Shown here one piece after another: positions 39,603 to 52,199 of a stretch of DNA of 64,000 nt (the first letter of the stretch is position 1; every line of letters begins with the position of its first letter). The stretch is taken from assembly GCA_028534125.1 (NCBI GenBank), contig CM052818.1:15564001-15628000 (forward strand). The letters are read 5' to 3'. Under the pieces are notes generated by a model. The model saw only the letters and a list, made by a program, of their open reading frames with translations. It had not been told where the DNA came from and did no database searches. The stretch is from Lama glama. Its lineage: Eukaryota. The translations under genes and the position numbers were made by a program.

Positions 39603-39900
39603 CAGCATTTTTCAAAGTGTGTTTCATGGAATACCAAAGAGGTGGGCCATAAAAAGAGTGTTCTGTGGTTAAGTTAGGGAAATGCTGCAGATCACTTAAG
39701 TTTGGAAAAAAGCTGCTCTTGGAAATCTACTGAGTTTATTAGGGCATGATCCTTTAAGTTGTTTAAGCTAGTTTAAGCCAACAGTTTTCTAACCTGTTTG
39801 AACACTGTTTTTTTTATTTTGTCTTCCGATGTGCTGCTGTCAATGTTCCTTATCCCTGATTCCCACAGACATTCTGTGAGAGACACAGGTCATCTCTAGA
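39603..39900. mobile_element. MER103-like hAT-Charlie element
   Basis: cagcatttttcaaagtgtgtttcatggaatacc...gttctgtggttaagttagggaaatgctgca. Confidence 0.65.
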
Positions 39901-39949
39901 GCAGCATCCAGTCACAACTCCAAATCAGTCTCTGCTTTGAGATTTCTGA

Positions 39950-40408
39950 TTTAAACTAGTCTCCAGACAGAGGGATGTGCCACCGAGGCAGGCATGCACA
40001 GTCTGCGCGCTGACACCCATTTCTACCTGCTCGAAAACAGTTTGTCGGGAACAAATGAGCCTTTCTGCCTGAAGGATTTTTTTCAGTGGTGGGAGCAGAC
40101 CCACAGGCACAGAGTTACTGCCCTTGGAATGAGCTCAGGACAAGTGACAGGAAGGGATTCAGTGGATAAGTGCTCCAGCTGCATCACCCTCACGTGAGAT
40201 AACTGGATCCTGTTCTGCACTGACTCCCAGGATCCCCCAGTAGGATTAAACTCGAGTAGTAACTTTGTGGATGAAAAATGATGCCATCTTATGTTGTTTC
40301 ATGTATCCCCCTTCTCCCCCAGTGGTGTTTTCTGGGGACACCCAGATAAATTATTATATTAGAATCCTTGTCACAATGACTTCTACTGGGAAAACCCAAA
40401 GTAAAACA
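39950..40408 (+). mobile_element. LTR16-like ERVL LTR
   Basis: tggataagtgctccagc...ccagataaattattatattagaatccttgtcaca...ctgggaaaacccaaagtaaaaca. Confidence 0.7.
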
Positions 40409-40898
40409 ACCACAATCCACACTGAATAATGACCCCAGATTGTAGCAGTCCATTGACAAAAGCATGCAAAACAAGTCTTCAGTAGACAGAAATTGTAAAC
40501 TACATTCGAAATTCATGTTCTATAAGCAACTGATACCATTGGCATTACACCAAACACGAGTTAGTAAAGGAAAAGGATCCCAGGCATATTTTTAAACATC
40601 CTGTTAAACTGATGGGTCCCAAGAGAGAATGCAACAGGGTCCTTAGGACTGCAGTGCACTTAACCTGGTACCTCTGCTTCTCATACGTGTATGTAGATAT
40701 TGGAGGGAGAGATGTCACAATGAATTGCAAGAGAAGCTTTAGCTATACAGGACATTCTGACCAGAGCAAACATTCAAAAGACTAGGAGGCAATAAAATAA
40801 AAATGAGAATGACAACCATCATTTTTTTTCAAACTTACTTAACCTCATTGAAGAAAGGCTTTAAAATCAATCATATTCCATTGCTGTTAAAAATAATC

Positions 40899-41699
40899 GA
40901 CCTCACACCAGTCAGAGTGGCCATCGTTAAAAAGTCCACAAACGATAAATGCTGGAGAGGCTGTGGAGAAAAGGGAACCCTCCTACACTGCTGATGGGAA
41001 TGTAGTTCGGTGCAGCCACTGTGGAAAGCAGTATGGAGATTCCTCAAAAAACGAAGAATAGACTTACCGTATGACCCAGGAATCCCAACTCCTGGACATC
41101 TATCTGAAGGGAACTTAAATTTGAAGAGATACATATACCCCAATATTCATAGCAGCACAATATACAATAGCTAAGGCACAGAAGCAACCCAAATGTCCAT
41201 CAATAAATGACTGAATAAAGAAGTTATGGTATATTTACACAATATACTACCCAGTGATAAAAAATAAGATAATGTCACTTACGGCAACATGGGTGGACCT
41301 GGAGATCGTCATTCTAAGTGAAGGAAGCAAGAAAGACGAAGAAAAATACCATATGATATCACTCATATGTGAAATCTGAAAAAAAAAAAAGAAGACATTA
41401 ATTAACTCATCTACAAAACAGAAACAGACTTGCAGACATAGTAAATGGGGGTGGGGAGGGATAAATTTGGGAGTTTGAGATTTGCAAATGTTTACTATAT
41501 ATGAAAATAAATAAAATACAAATATCTTCTGTATAGCACAGGGAACTATATTCAATATCTTGTAATAACCTTTAATGAAAAAGAATGTGAAAATGAATAT
41601 ATGTATATATATGAATGACTAGGATATTATACTGTACACCAGAAATTCATACATTGTAACTGACTTTACTTCAATAAAAAAAGTTTTAAAAAAAAAACA
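40899..41699 (+). mobile_element. 5'-truncated L1 (ORF2 C-terminus, 3'UTR, A tail)
   Basis: [30 protein letters not shown] is the L1 ORF2 cysteine-rich region; aataaa then A-rich tail. Confidence 0.92.
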
Positions 41700-41847
41700 A
41701 CTCATATCCAGGAGAACTGTTCTTATATACAAGTAATTAGTATAAGTAATTATACATCAGAAATTCTTTATAGGAGAGGAAGATAGAAAGGGAATAACAG
41801 TTTCCCAGGTCACTATAATTACTTGGCATGAAGACAACAATATTGGA

Positions 41848-42707
41848 AACACAGTATCGCCAAGTGAAGGGTCTAACCAAACCTTCCACACTAGGACTTA
41901 ACCTTTCCAGAGCCCCTTCGGAGAACATCTGCAGTGGGAGGTAGCTCACCATTTTACTAAGACAGCCCATTTCACTGCTGAGTGGCTAGTTCTTATCCTG
42001 AGCCAAAATTTGCCTCTCTTTTTATCTACTGGTTCTTATTTTACCCAAGTGTTAGAGATGTGACACCTTATTTGACAGCTCTCCTTTAAATAGGAATTTT
42101 TTTTATTTTTATCATCCACCGCAAATCATAATTATGGATGTAGGAAATTTAGTTCTATTTTTATATTGAAAATACTATTCCTCCTTTCTCCTGAATGAGA
42201 GGTAACATTTAATGGATGTTGTCTATTGTAACCCATGACTGCTGATACTATCATTCTAAAATTATCCTGGTGACTTGCATCTAATTTTAAAGGATTCTGA
42301 GCAATGACAAAGATACCCTACAACTTCACTCAGCCACAGAGTCCTGAGCCAAACTGCTATGGTGGTCTAACTTTTCCCTAATCATCTAATTTGGGTAATT
42401 TGGATTTCAAATAGGAATTGGGAATTATCATTAAGAGCTTCATAGAAAATTGAATCTACAGAGTAGTAACTAGGCATTTTAAACACATAAGCTGGCTTCA
42501 CAGGTTCGATAATTATGAAATTGATCCTTTAAGCTCTATAATATTTGGAAATTCTGGAATCAAATGCCTGTTTGATAGTGTGGTGCCTCCATGACAGATT
42601 GTAGCCTGGATTATCACCAGCAGGGTAATGGGAAGACCACAGACCTGGCAGGGAATTTATAGGAGGAGTCAACACAGTATCGCCAAGTGAAGGGTCTAAC
42701 CAAACCT
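41848..42707 (+). repeat. Perfect 37-bp direct repeat pair (41848-41884, 42671-42707)
   Basis: aacacagtatcgccaagtgaagggtctaaccaaacct occurs twice, 786 bp apart. Confidence 0.95.
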
Positions 42708-43594
42708 AGGATATTATAGGTTCTGACTGATGAATTTGAGTCAATGTTACATAATGGAAAAAAAAAACAGAATTTAAAGATAAGCTTTGAGTTATAATAT
42801 CAACTCTTCAAAATGCATGTGATCTTCAAAATGTACATGACCTTGTATGTTTGAGTCTCAGTTTCTAGATCTGTAAAGTAAAATATGACTTAAATTTTTG
42901 TCTTTTTTTTAATCACAAAGTGATTTTTAATGCTTAAATCAAATGCTTCTTTTAAAAAATTTCTCTTACAAAGTACGAGGCAAATACATACTGTTTTTGA
43001 ATTTAAGCCTTTACTATTGTATCTCTCTGTATAATTTGTCTTTCCTTTAAGAGAAAGAAAACTAACCTGATTCTAGGCAAGAACTCTTTGTACATCTGAA
43101 AATCATTAGTTTTATATTGTGCACTCCAATATTTATGTTCCTTCAATCATCTTCCCTGACAGATGGCATTTACCAATCTCTGATCACACCGGCACCCTAG
43201 CGTGGTGTGGCTGGACTTGGAGGTCAGGATGCATTATGGCACCGTAAGAGCAAAACTCCACGTGAATTAAAGAGAGAGGGTTTCCTCTTGGGTTCACACT
43301 CTGAGACCCCTTTGAGGAACAATTACAAAATGAAGACCTCTGTATGCTTTGTTGAACACTTAAGTTTGATACCACGTAAAATACTTCTCTATCTGCTCAC
43401 GTTTTATTTGGTAGCAAAACACCAAATACATCATCTGGCTCTAGCATCTCCAAGTAACTATTTGTGCTGAGCCCAACAAACTAAGCGTGTGCTTAGGGAG
43501 CCAGAAGATTACAGTCACCAACAGTTGTTTTGAAAATATATTGTATTTGATATTTTAAGGTGGGCATAGTAAAGGCTAGAATGTTCAACATGTT

Positions 43595-43690
43595 CCCTCT
43601 GTAGATCTGGAATTTGGTCTAGGCAGCTATTTTTTAAAAAGTCCTCTATAGGATTTTAATGAACATAATAGTTTCAGAATCCCTGCCTTT
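43595..43690. mobile_element. MER5A fragment
   Basis: gtagatctggaatttggtctaggcagctattttttaaaaagtcc...gtttcagaatccctg. Confidence 0.55.
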
Positions 43691-44379
43691 GGTTAGTTCC
43701 CACTGTTTGTTTTGTTTCACTTTATAACCAAGTCTACCTCTCCCTGTGAGTCAGATGCTTTATAACCAACCCTTCATTGGTTTCTCTTTCCTAGCTAGAA
43801 AAGCAAGTTTTTGCAGAGTTGAGATAGGTCACATTTCTTCTGCCCTTTGAACTCTACTCAATAAGAATAGATGGACATACATGTAACAAAGGGACATACA
43901 TGTTATAGCAATGGTGTAGAGAATAAGAAAAGAGTTATTAATGACAGAGATTTCAACACGTTCTTACATAATAAAGATCAAAAGGGAGAAAGGTAACTAC
44001 TAAAGGTGATGGAGGAAAATGCAGCCTAGATGGTATCAAGACGAAGACTAGTTCAGTGGCAGAGACCGTCAGGGTGCTAACACCCAGACTGCGAAGATCA
44101 CTGACACTCATCACTGTGAGGTGCTGTGCCAGGCGGGAGGAAGACTTGCTACTGAAGACAGTACTGAAGGTACCGAAGATAGGCTGGTATTAATCCAGTC
44201 ACAGTCAAATGGTTCAGCCTTCTGGACATAATTTCTCAGAGCTGTTTTCTCCCAAAGCAAAAACAGTACAGCCACAACAAAAAGCCAAAGACAAAAACCC
44301 TTTAAGAAATGTGAGTCGGTCCTAGAGAGAAAAGTAAGACCATGATCTAGCATTGTGGAGTTCCCCAGAATTACAAATA

Positions 44380-45860
44380 GCTTTCTGGCTATACATTCTG
44401 GGGCAAACCAATCAATGTACAAGCCCTGCCAATGTAGACAGATCTTCCAGTCAGCTTCCTTTTGTCTCCTCCCTAAATACAAACAGATAAGCAAGTATCC
44501 CTTGATAGCTGATGAAAGCCTACACATTAAAAAGGATTTCAGACAAATAAACAAGAAAAAAATGACCCCATAAAATGGAGATACATCAAGGAATATAGAG
44601 AACTTAAGCATTAAAATATTCGATGCAGAGCAGAGTGAGCCAAGAAGACATTTTATCGATAGTTTAAGATCATGCTGCCATGGGACATAAACAACAAGAA
44701 GACAAGACCTGTTTCTGAGAAAGTAACTACTAGAATAACAAATTCATCAGAACTGAAAATTAAGTCAAGATAATTAGCTAAAAATTATGGGGGAAGGGAT
44801 TTAAACAAAGGCATACAGAAGCATTCTAAGAGTTAAAGCCTGCACAGAGATTTCAGAAAAGGAGTACAAGAAATGGAAAGGAGAATTACATCACAGAAAT
44901 AATGAAAGAGAATATTCTCCAGGTTAGAAGATTATACCAAGTGTCAAAATAATTAATAAATATACTTATATCCATGACTATTATAAAATTTCAGGACAGC
45001 TAAGAGGTGACTCTCTTAACCTTCAAGGTAGAGATGCTTAAAGGTTGGGAGGGCATTTCTTAAGAGGAAATTAAAGTGGAGGCAGTAATACTGCATGGAA
45101 ACAATGGGACTATTTCCTCAAAATACCAAGGAAAAAAATATTCTCAACCTAGAATTTTAAAGCCAGTTAAACCATTACTCAGCTGTGATGTTACGAGATT
45201 CAAGAGTCAATGGATTCAATGCAAAAGATTAAGGAGGGAAGGTCCAGGAGGAGAGCTGTACAGCAGGGCTGGAGAGAAACACAGCTAGACTGAAGCAGGA
45301 AGCTTGATGGTCCTGGGGCAGAGGGCTCCAGACTAGAGAGAGAAAGGGAAGACACAACAAAATACCTGACATAATAGAGTGTTTGCTGGAAACAATTAAA
45401 GATAAGAGAAAAATAAAGGCATATAGAAAATCCAGAAAAAAAACCCAAAAAGTCTTACAGAAAAAGAAAAAAAGTCATGACACACAAGTTATCTCTAAAG
45501 TGAACCATCAATTACAGAATAATCATATTCTGATAGCTATCCACTGATTTAATTAAATAGGGATATAATTTTATTGGAACACATAGAAGAGGATGTAAGA
45601 GGTTGTGTAAAAAGCTAAAATTAGTCTATCATGGTGAGAGGCCAGGAGATCTTGTCTAAAACCATTAAAATAAGAAATACTGTAAAAAGACATAGTATTT
45701 AGAGATAAGACACATGTGTAATAAATGCTACACGAGTTAAAATGATTGCCTTTGGAGAGGAAGTCAGGCAGATGACAGAAGCTTAGACAAGGAAACTTAA
45801 CTTTTTATAAAAAAAATCTTCAGTACTTTCTGATTTGTTTTCACCAGAGGCATTTTAATC
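44380..45860 (+). mobile_element. HAL1 (ORF1-only L1 derivative)
   Basis: SQPRILKPVKP resembles L1 ORF1 QPRILYPAKL; followed by a HAL1-like 3' end (tctatcatggtgagagg...tatttagagata...gattgcctttggagagg) with no ORF2. Confidence 0.65.
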
Positions 45861-46104
45861 ACAGTTTGAAAAGCACATTTTGAAAATATCAAGCGTATAT
45901 GACAACTCAGAAAGACTGGAGGTGGAAAAGGTTTCCAGAAGCTACTGCAGGCGTTGGAGGGAGGAATAGCTTTCTGGCATTAATACATGACAGATTTTAA
46001 ACATCATACAGATGTTATTTCTAAAAACAAAATGCTAGATACATTTACTTCAGTCCTGTGATACATAAACTTGTTTGTTTATCCATGAAATTTGTCCTCT
46101 ACTT

Positions 46105-46670
46105 TCTCTTTTAAATTATTATTTGGAAATAATTTTAGATTTACAGAAAAGCCACAAAAATAGTACAGCTTCTCTTAATGGTAACATATTACATAACCAT
46201 AGTACAATCATCAAAACCATGACCTCAACACTGATTCACTGAATCTAACCTACAGATCTTTTTGCATCACCAGCTCTCCCACTAATACCTCTTTTCCTGT
46301 TTCAGGATCCATCCAGGTTCCCACATTATATTCACTTGTCAGGGCTCCTTGGCCTTCACTCTTCTCTGACAGTTTCTCAATCTTCCTTTTTATTTCACCA
46401 CCATAATGCTATCAAAGAGTCAGCTATTCTGCAGAACGTCCCTCTGATTGGGTTTGTCTGATGTATTCTGGTGACTAGATTAAGGTTATGAATTTCTGGC
46501 AAGAGTCCTACAAGAGTTACACGGGCCTTTCTCACTGTATCGTATCAAGAGGCATATGATGTCCGTGTGTCTCCTCACGGGCAGTTTCACTTGGTTAGAA
46601 TGGTGTCTGCCAGATTTGTCCACCATAAAATTATGATTATTCCTTGCATAATGAATATTTTACAGGGACA
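46105..46670 (-). mobile_element. L1MC-type 3'UTR fragment
   Basis: ttatttggaaataattttagatttacagaaaag...ttaaggttatgaatttctggcaagag. Confidence 0.8.
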
Positions 46671-47329
46671 GGTCCTTAGTCTTCCTAACATTTTTTTCTG
46701 AGTCATTAAATGTTCAGTGTATACAAAATGCTAGTTATTTAACTGTTCTTATTATTTGAAGCCTTTAAAATTTTAAAAAATTACTTATTTCTTCATCCAA
46801 TGAGTTTTTAAAAGATTATTTAGGACACTCTCCAGAAAACCCTATGTTCAGGCTGGCGGTCATTTAAGCTGTTGACTGTGGTCTTGCCCAGGCTAATATA
46901 AATTCGACTCCAACCTGCATAATATCTGTGGATAGGAACTGTTATCCTCAACAGGTCTTTTTGCCCTGCCTAGGATATGGGGATATTGTTGATTTTCTCC
47001 CTTCTCCGTAGTGACTGCTATGGGGCGGGGTGGACATGGGGAGGGGTGCTGCCCTCTGAATGAGCTCTACATTGTGAAATCTATGCACGATGGAGCAGAT
47101 TAGAGATATGCCAACTCTCCTAAGGCAGAGTATTCTCAGATCAGCCTTCCTTGACTGTAAACTGATAGAATGCATTAACATACTTAAAGACAGAGTATGT
47201 CCTTCAGAAAGGGATGAGTCAGGCTCTGGAAGCACAGAGCAGGGTCACTTTGCAACCATTAGCACCATCTCCCCAAGCAGGGTCCAAGGAGAGCTCGGTC
47301 TCCTTCAGAACAGCTGCAAACAGGCCTGC

Positions 47330-47613
47330 TGTAATCAAAACTCCCAGCACAGGAACTAGCACCTCTTATTTTGAGCCCAGCAGACAAATCATGTGTGTTG
47401 GACACCAACAAAGCAAAGTTACAAAAATTTAGTTTTGAAAAAAATACAAGATCTGATATTTCAATGAAAGTAGTCATCATGGGAAAAATCAAAACTTTGT
47501 TGGACTTTTCAGATTTTTATAGTTTTATATTGTTTCTTTTTTGAAAAACTTAAGGGAAGTGAGGAGGCAAACTAAAATGCTTACAGCCTCAAAAGGTCTT
47601 AATCTTGCCCTGT
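47330..47613. mobile_element. hAT-Tip100-like DNA transposon fragment
   Basis: Ends aaggtcttaatcttgccctg, resembling a Tip100-type terminal repeat; family uncertain. Confidence 0.35.
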
Positions 47614-49339
47614 TCTGATCCCATGCTCACTAAGCAATCTCAGTGTTACAATTTAGCTTCCCATGCAGGAGATGGTATATACTTTCCTGGAAGAGAAAGT
47701 TGACATTAGCATTCCGGTCCATGTAACAGCTATTTTTCTCACTGTAAATCAATAAATAGGCATTCTGGTTTTATGCATTGTTCTGTGAGCTTGTTTAATT
47801 TGAGTCTGCCCCCTGAGAAATAAGGTACTGTTAGCGAACGACAGTATCAGGTCTCCAAGTCTGTCAATCTAAAATCCAGTGTGGTCAATGTAACCAAATG
47901 CAAACAAAAGGACATCTTTTGCAGAAGTGTCATCTAGTTCCTCCTGGAGACAACTTTTTAATTAAATTTTTATTTTTTAAATAGCCACCCATGTTTGAGG
48001 ATTAACTCTTCAAAATAAAAGCTCTTTATCAAGAAAGCACCATATGTTCACATGCAATTAAATAAAAGAAGTATTAATGCTCAACAAGAAAAACAATGTG
48101 GATTCCAAGTCTATACCTGCAGGGATGGAAGAAGTCTTAACTAACCTCTTAGGAGAAAGCTTAATTAGGAAAACAGACTTAGAAATAAACAACATAATGA
48201 TCAGAGTTCAGATGCAAAGAGTATCATTCCCTGAATACCAGTATGTAGTGGTTTTTACCAGCCTTGATAATCTCTTGCTCTAAAGAGTTTAAAATCTAGA
48301 GAAACAAGACAACTACACATGCAAAACTCTACTGCAGAGATATTTTCAAATCGCTGATGAAATATAGGCTGGGGGAGCTGCTTTCATGTAAAAGACATCT
48401 CTTGAGAAGAACATAGATGTATAGTCAAGGATTTGAAAGGAGAGTTCAATCAAGAAGAGTGACATGGAGACTGAGGAACTGAAACTAGGCAGTTTAGCAA
48501 CAGTGAGATGTGGAAATGATCAACTGAAATTCAGTATGTGTGAAAGCAGGAGATGGCAAATCTGACAGTAATTTACAGGTGGATAATGAATAGTCTTGAA
48601 GTCATATTTGTCATCTTGATGTTTCACTGCAGAGGTAGGTTGGGGAGGTGGGCAATAATTTTCTAGATAATCGATGCCTGATTATCTTAAGTCCCCTTTT
48701 TTCCCCCCAAAAGACAACAGTTTCTGCTAAGTGTGGGAACAGACAGAAGGAGGTTCTGAAGACAGAGATGCAGACTAAAGTTTGATGTGTTTTTTAATAG
48801 TAAATATTAGTTTATTTTTTCTGAGTGCCCAAAGCCCCCCCCCCTTTTTTTAAGGAAATGTATTTGAGAAAGCAAGTGTCCTGAATCAGTCTGCAAACTC
48901 ATACTGAGAACCTACTGTGTGGGGAGTTAGTCAAGATTGTAGAAGAGAAAGGAAAAATTAATAAAGTGGAAGTTGGCCCTTTACTTGTATGTAATCTGGT
49001 TGAGGAGACAAGATTTACCCATATAAAATGTTAAACTAGAAATGTAAGGCAGAATGTTAAAAATCCTCAGTAGGCAACTTCATCTCTCTGGGCTTTATTT
49101 TCTTAATCTATAAATTTAGAGGCTTATTTAAAGTCCTAGGATTCTCAAGTATCAAAGGAGTGTCTTCAGATAATTAGGGGTTCAGAAGAGAGAGGAAAGT
49201 GTGGGCTGTGATCGTTAGAGAAAGCTTTAGGGCTCAGAGTCCGTAAGAACAGGTAGACTGAATTTGGGGAAAATCAGGGAGACAGAACAGCAGTCAAGAG
49301 GATGCACGAAAATAATATTTTTTTTCTTCTAAAGGAAAA

Positions 49340-49915
49340 ATGCAATAGCTTGTGAGACATCACATATCCTCGACTCAAGTTTTCTCTTGAACATCCTTTT
49401 AAAAATAAACATATCTGCCATCTATTTTCCTAAACCAGACAGGTCTTCAGGATCACTCTGTAATTCCTCTAGCCTCCTGCCCACTATCTCCCGACTTGCT
49501 CTGCTCCTGCCCTCCTAAACTGCTCACTCTGCCTTGATCTTCAGATATCCTCTCTTGCATCCATTAGCTCTTACTCTGTGCTTCAGATGTCTCCCCACTT
49601 CACCTTGCTTGTTTGGCAAACACCTTTCAAATCACCCTTCAAAGGACCAGCAGAGGACCCCTCTTCCTCTGTGAAGTCTTTCCCTTCCTGCCTCACCCTC
49701 TTTGGAAAGCTGTTACTTCTTTCTTTGGTCGTCACTTTTGGTGCACATGCTGCACATGGATTATGCTGCATCCCAATTGCTTGCCTACCCTGCAGCCTCC
49801 CTATTGATCTGTGAGTTCTCTCCTATTTATTAGGTGTTTGTATGTCTCATTTGGCACTGTTGCCTCAGTACCTAGCAAAGTATGTGCATATAATAGACAC
49901 TCACTGATGTAAATA
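49340..49915 (+). mobile_element. L2 fragment
   Basis: cctcttcctctgtgaagtctttccc...cagtacctagcaaagtatgtgcatataatagacactca. Confidence 0.65.
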
Positions 49916-51869
49916 TAAACTCACAAGTGAAAAAGTCGAGTAAGTTAAGTGAATCCTGAGGGTAACTGTTACCTATCGCTTTCTTTCTTGCCTTAAAAAT
50001 TTAGACCCCACGACTCACATAGGGAATAGATTAAAGACAGGGTGCCATTCTTCTCTCTTTGCCATACTTAACTGTTTTGATACTGTGAGTGTTTGGCTTC
50101 AAAAAAGTTGAATAACAGGTTGCTAACTAGGCATAAATGAAAGCAAAATGATAGCTCCACAAGAAAATGTTATGAATCATTGCCATTTACAATTTCCACC
50201 CTCGTATTTTGTCCTAAGGGCTCTCGTTCACTAACGACTTGGAAAAAAAAAACAAACCAACAAAAACAAAGTTATCAGATCTATCAATTGTGCTTACCAC
50301 CAAAACTATTGTCACTTTTCACCCTCACAAATGTTAAATAAAGACCAAGTCAGATTAAAATTCCACTAACTTTTTTTCCTTTCAGAATAAGCAAACTAGA
50401 TGCCAAGCTGAGCAGAAAGTATTGCTTTCCCCTTTCTCTAATGGCCTGGTGACTGCCAGAGAGGGACTAACGAGCTTTTTGGAATCGACAACTTTCTCAC
50501 TGCCCAGGACATGCCGGGCTGGATGCTGTCCCTGGCATCGGAGGATAATGAACCATCATCCTCTGTCAGAAATAAGAACTCACTTAATGAATAGTAAAGC
50601 TTGCAATCATAAGCAAGAAAAGTGCTTAGTAGCATTTCACACCATTAAAACACATCCAACTTGATTCCTTTGTTACATTTTCCCTATTTCTCTAGGGTTA
50701 TTTCCTGGTGCTTAATTTAGTAAAATTTCTTCTTCTGATCACCTCCATCACGTTCTTCCTCATCTTGTTTAAATTCTTCTAAATTCAACTTCCCAACTCT
50801 TGTAAAATTCGTAACAACATACACATGCATAGAGGTGTGTTCTAAACACTGAACTAAGGAACATTTTAGTCTCCAGTCTGAGTTTTGTATCCAATCATCT
50901 TAAAACTACTTTGAAAATAGTACTTTAAAATTGTTTTACACAGGAATTCCACCGAACTAAAAAAAGTACTGCTCCAATATTCAGATATTACTGTGAAACC
51001 CTTCCTTGTCTAATTCATGACTATTTTCAGATTTCATTGAAAGAGCACTGACACATTTTACCAGAGCCTACTCACTTCCATTTTGAGCAAAAACATAATT
51101 TAGGGGGGGAAAAAAAAGGAAGGAAGGAAAAGTAGGTATATAAGGAAACAAAGAGGAAGAAGTAGGTACATAACACCTTAAATGTTCTGAATTGCTAATT
51201 TTCAGGACTATTTTATGTAATAGTTTTTTTGTGTTTTTTTTGCATGCTCTAAAAAGACTCACTGAGACTGTTTATAAACCTCTAAACGAGCAGTGTGCTG
51301 GAGCGCTACTGGAAAACCCACAGAACTGAAACCTACTTCCTAGGAAGACTCTCAAGGGCTTGGTTTACTCACCCAAGATTAAGTGCAAACTTTCAAGCCA
51401 AATGGTCAAGTATTAACTCCCAGGTCGGATGTGGACTGACTCCTTTCTGTACTTCAATTTCATGCTCTAGACAATAGAGGTTATAACTGGACCTCTGTCG
51501 TAAGGTTGCTATAAATAATACATCTATAACAATCAAATAGGCCTTGGCTCCTGGTAACCATATCGTAAGCATTTGTTATTATTACCTGTACAGTGATTAT
51601 ATTACTTGTTACCTCATGCAATTTTTATGTGGCATAAATTAAACTACAACCATTTTCATGGTGATTTGCAGTCTTTAGAGCACTTTTCACATGTCCACTA
51701 GGGACATGTTTAATATGCTCATCTCTCTCGTAAATAAAACATTGTGTTTATGTATGCATTGAAAAATAGCTGACTCAGCCTTTTTAAAGAATCATCTATA
51801 AAAATCTATGCACCATGAAATATAAGTAAATGATTTTGTTTAAAATAGACTATAAAATAATATTCATCA

Positions 51870-52070
51870 TAGTACTTAACATTTATTGAGTAGTGTCTGT
51901 GTGCCAGACACTATGATAAACACTGTATTCTTAGCATTGCCTCATCTAAGCATCATATAAACCTCTGAGGAAGGTACTGCTAGCAGTTAAAAAGCAAAGT
52001 AAATGGCTCAAGATTATGTAGTCAATCAGTCGTAGACAAGGCTTGGAACCCAGGTATTCTGACCCATTCT
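51870..52070 (-). mobile_element. MIR SINE
   Basis: taacatttattgagtagtgtctgtgtgccagacact...ggaacccaggtattctgac. Confidence 0.75.
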
Positions 52071-52199
52071 TATATTAATAATATACTGATTTACTTTTCA
52101 GAGGCCATATGGTGCCTTTAAAACAAAGCAGATCATTAATTACTACTATGTGTGGTAGAATGGTAATTACTTTGAGTCAATTCACTGTTACCTCTTGTT

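Noticed and set aside
40862..41710. Possible TSD aaatcaatcatattcca / aaacaactcatatcca for the L1 at 40899
   Set aside because: Needs several indels and leaves ~20 nt unexplained, so it is not secure.
41848..42707. 37-bp repeat as a CRISPR array
   Set aside because: Only two copies, a 786-bp spacer, mammalian context and no cas genes.
44111..44611. 166-aa minus-strand ORF
   Set aside because: Partly antisense to A-rich HAL1-like sequence; the hydrophobic bias is compositional and no homology is recognisable.
50386..50664. Strong acceptor followed by an open frame (possible terminal exon)
   Set aside because: No recognisable protein in any frame and no supported upstream exon.
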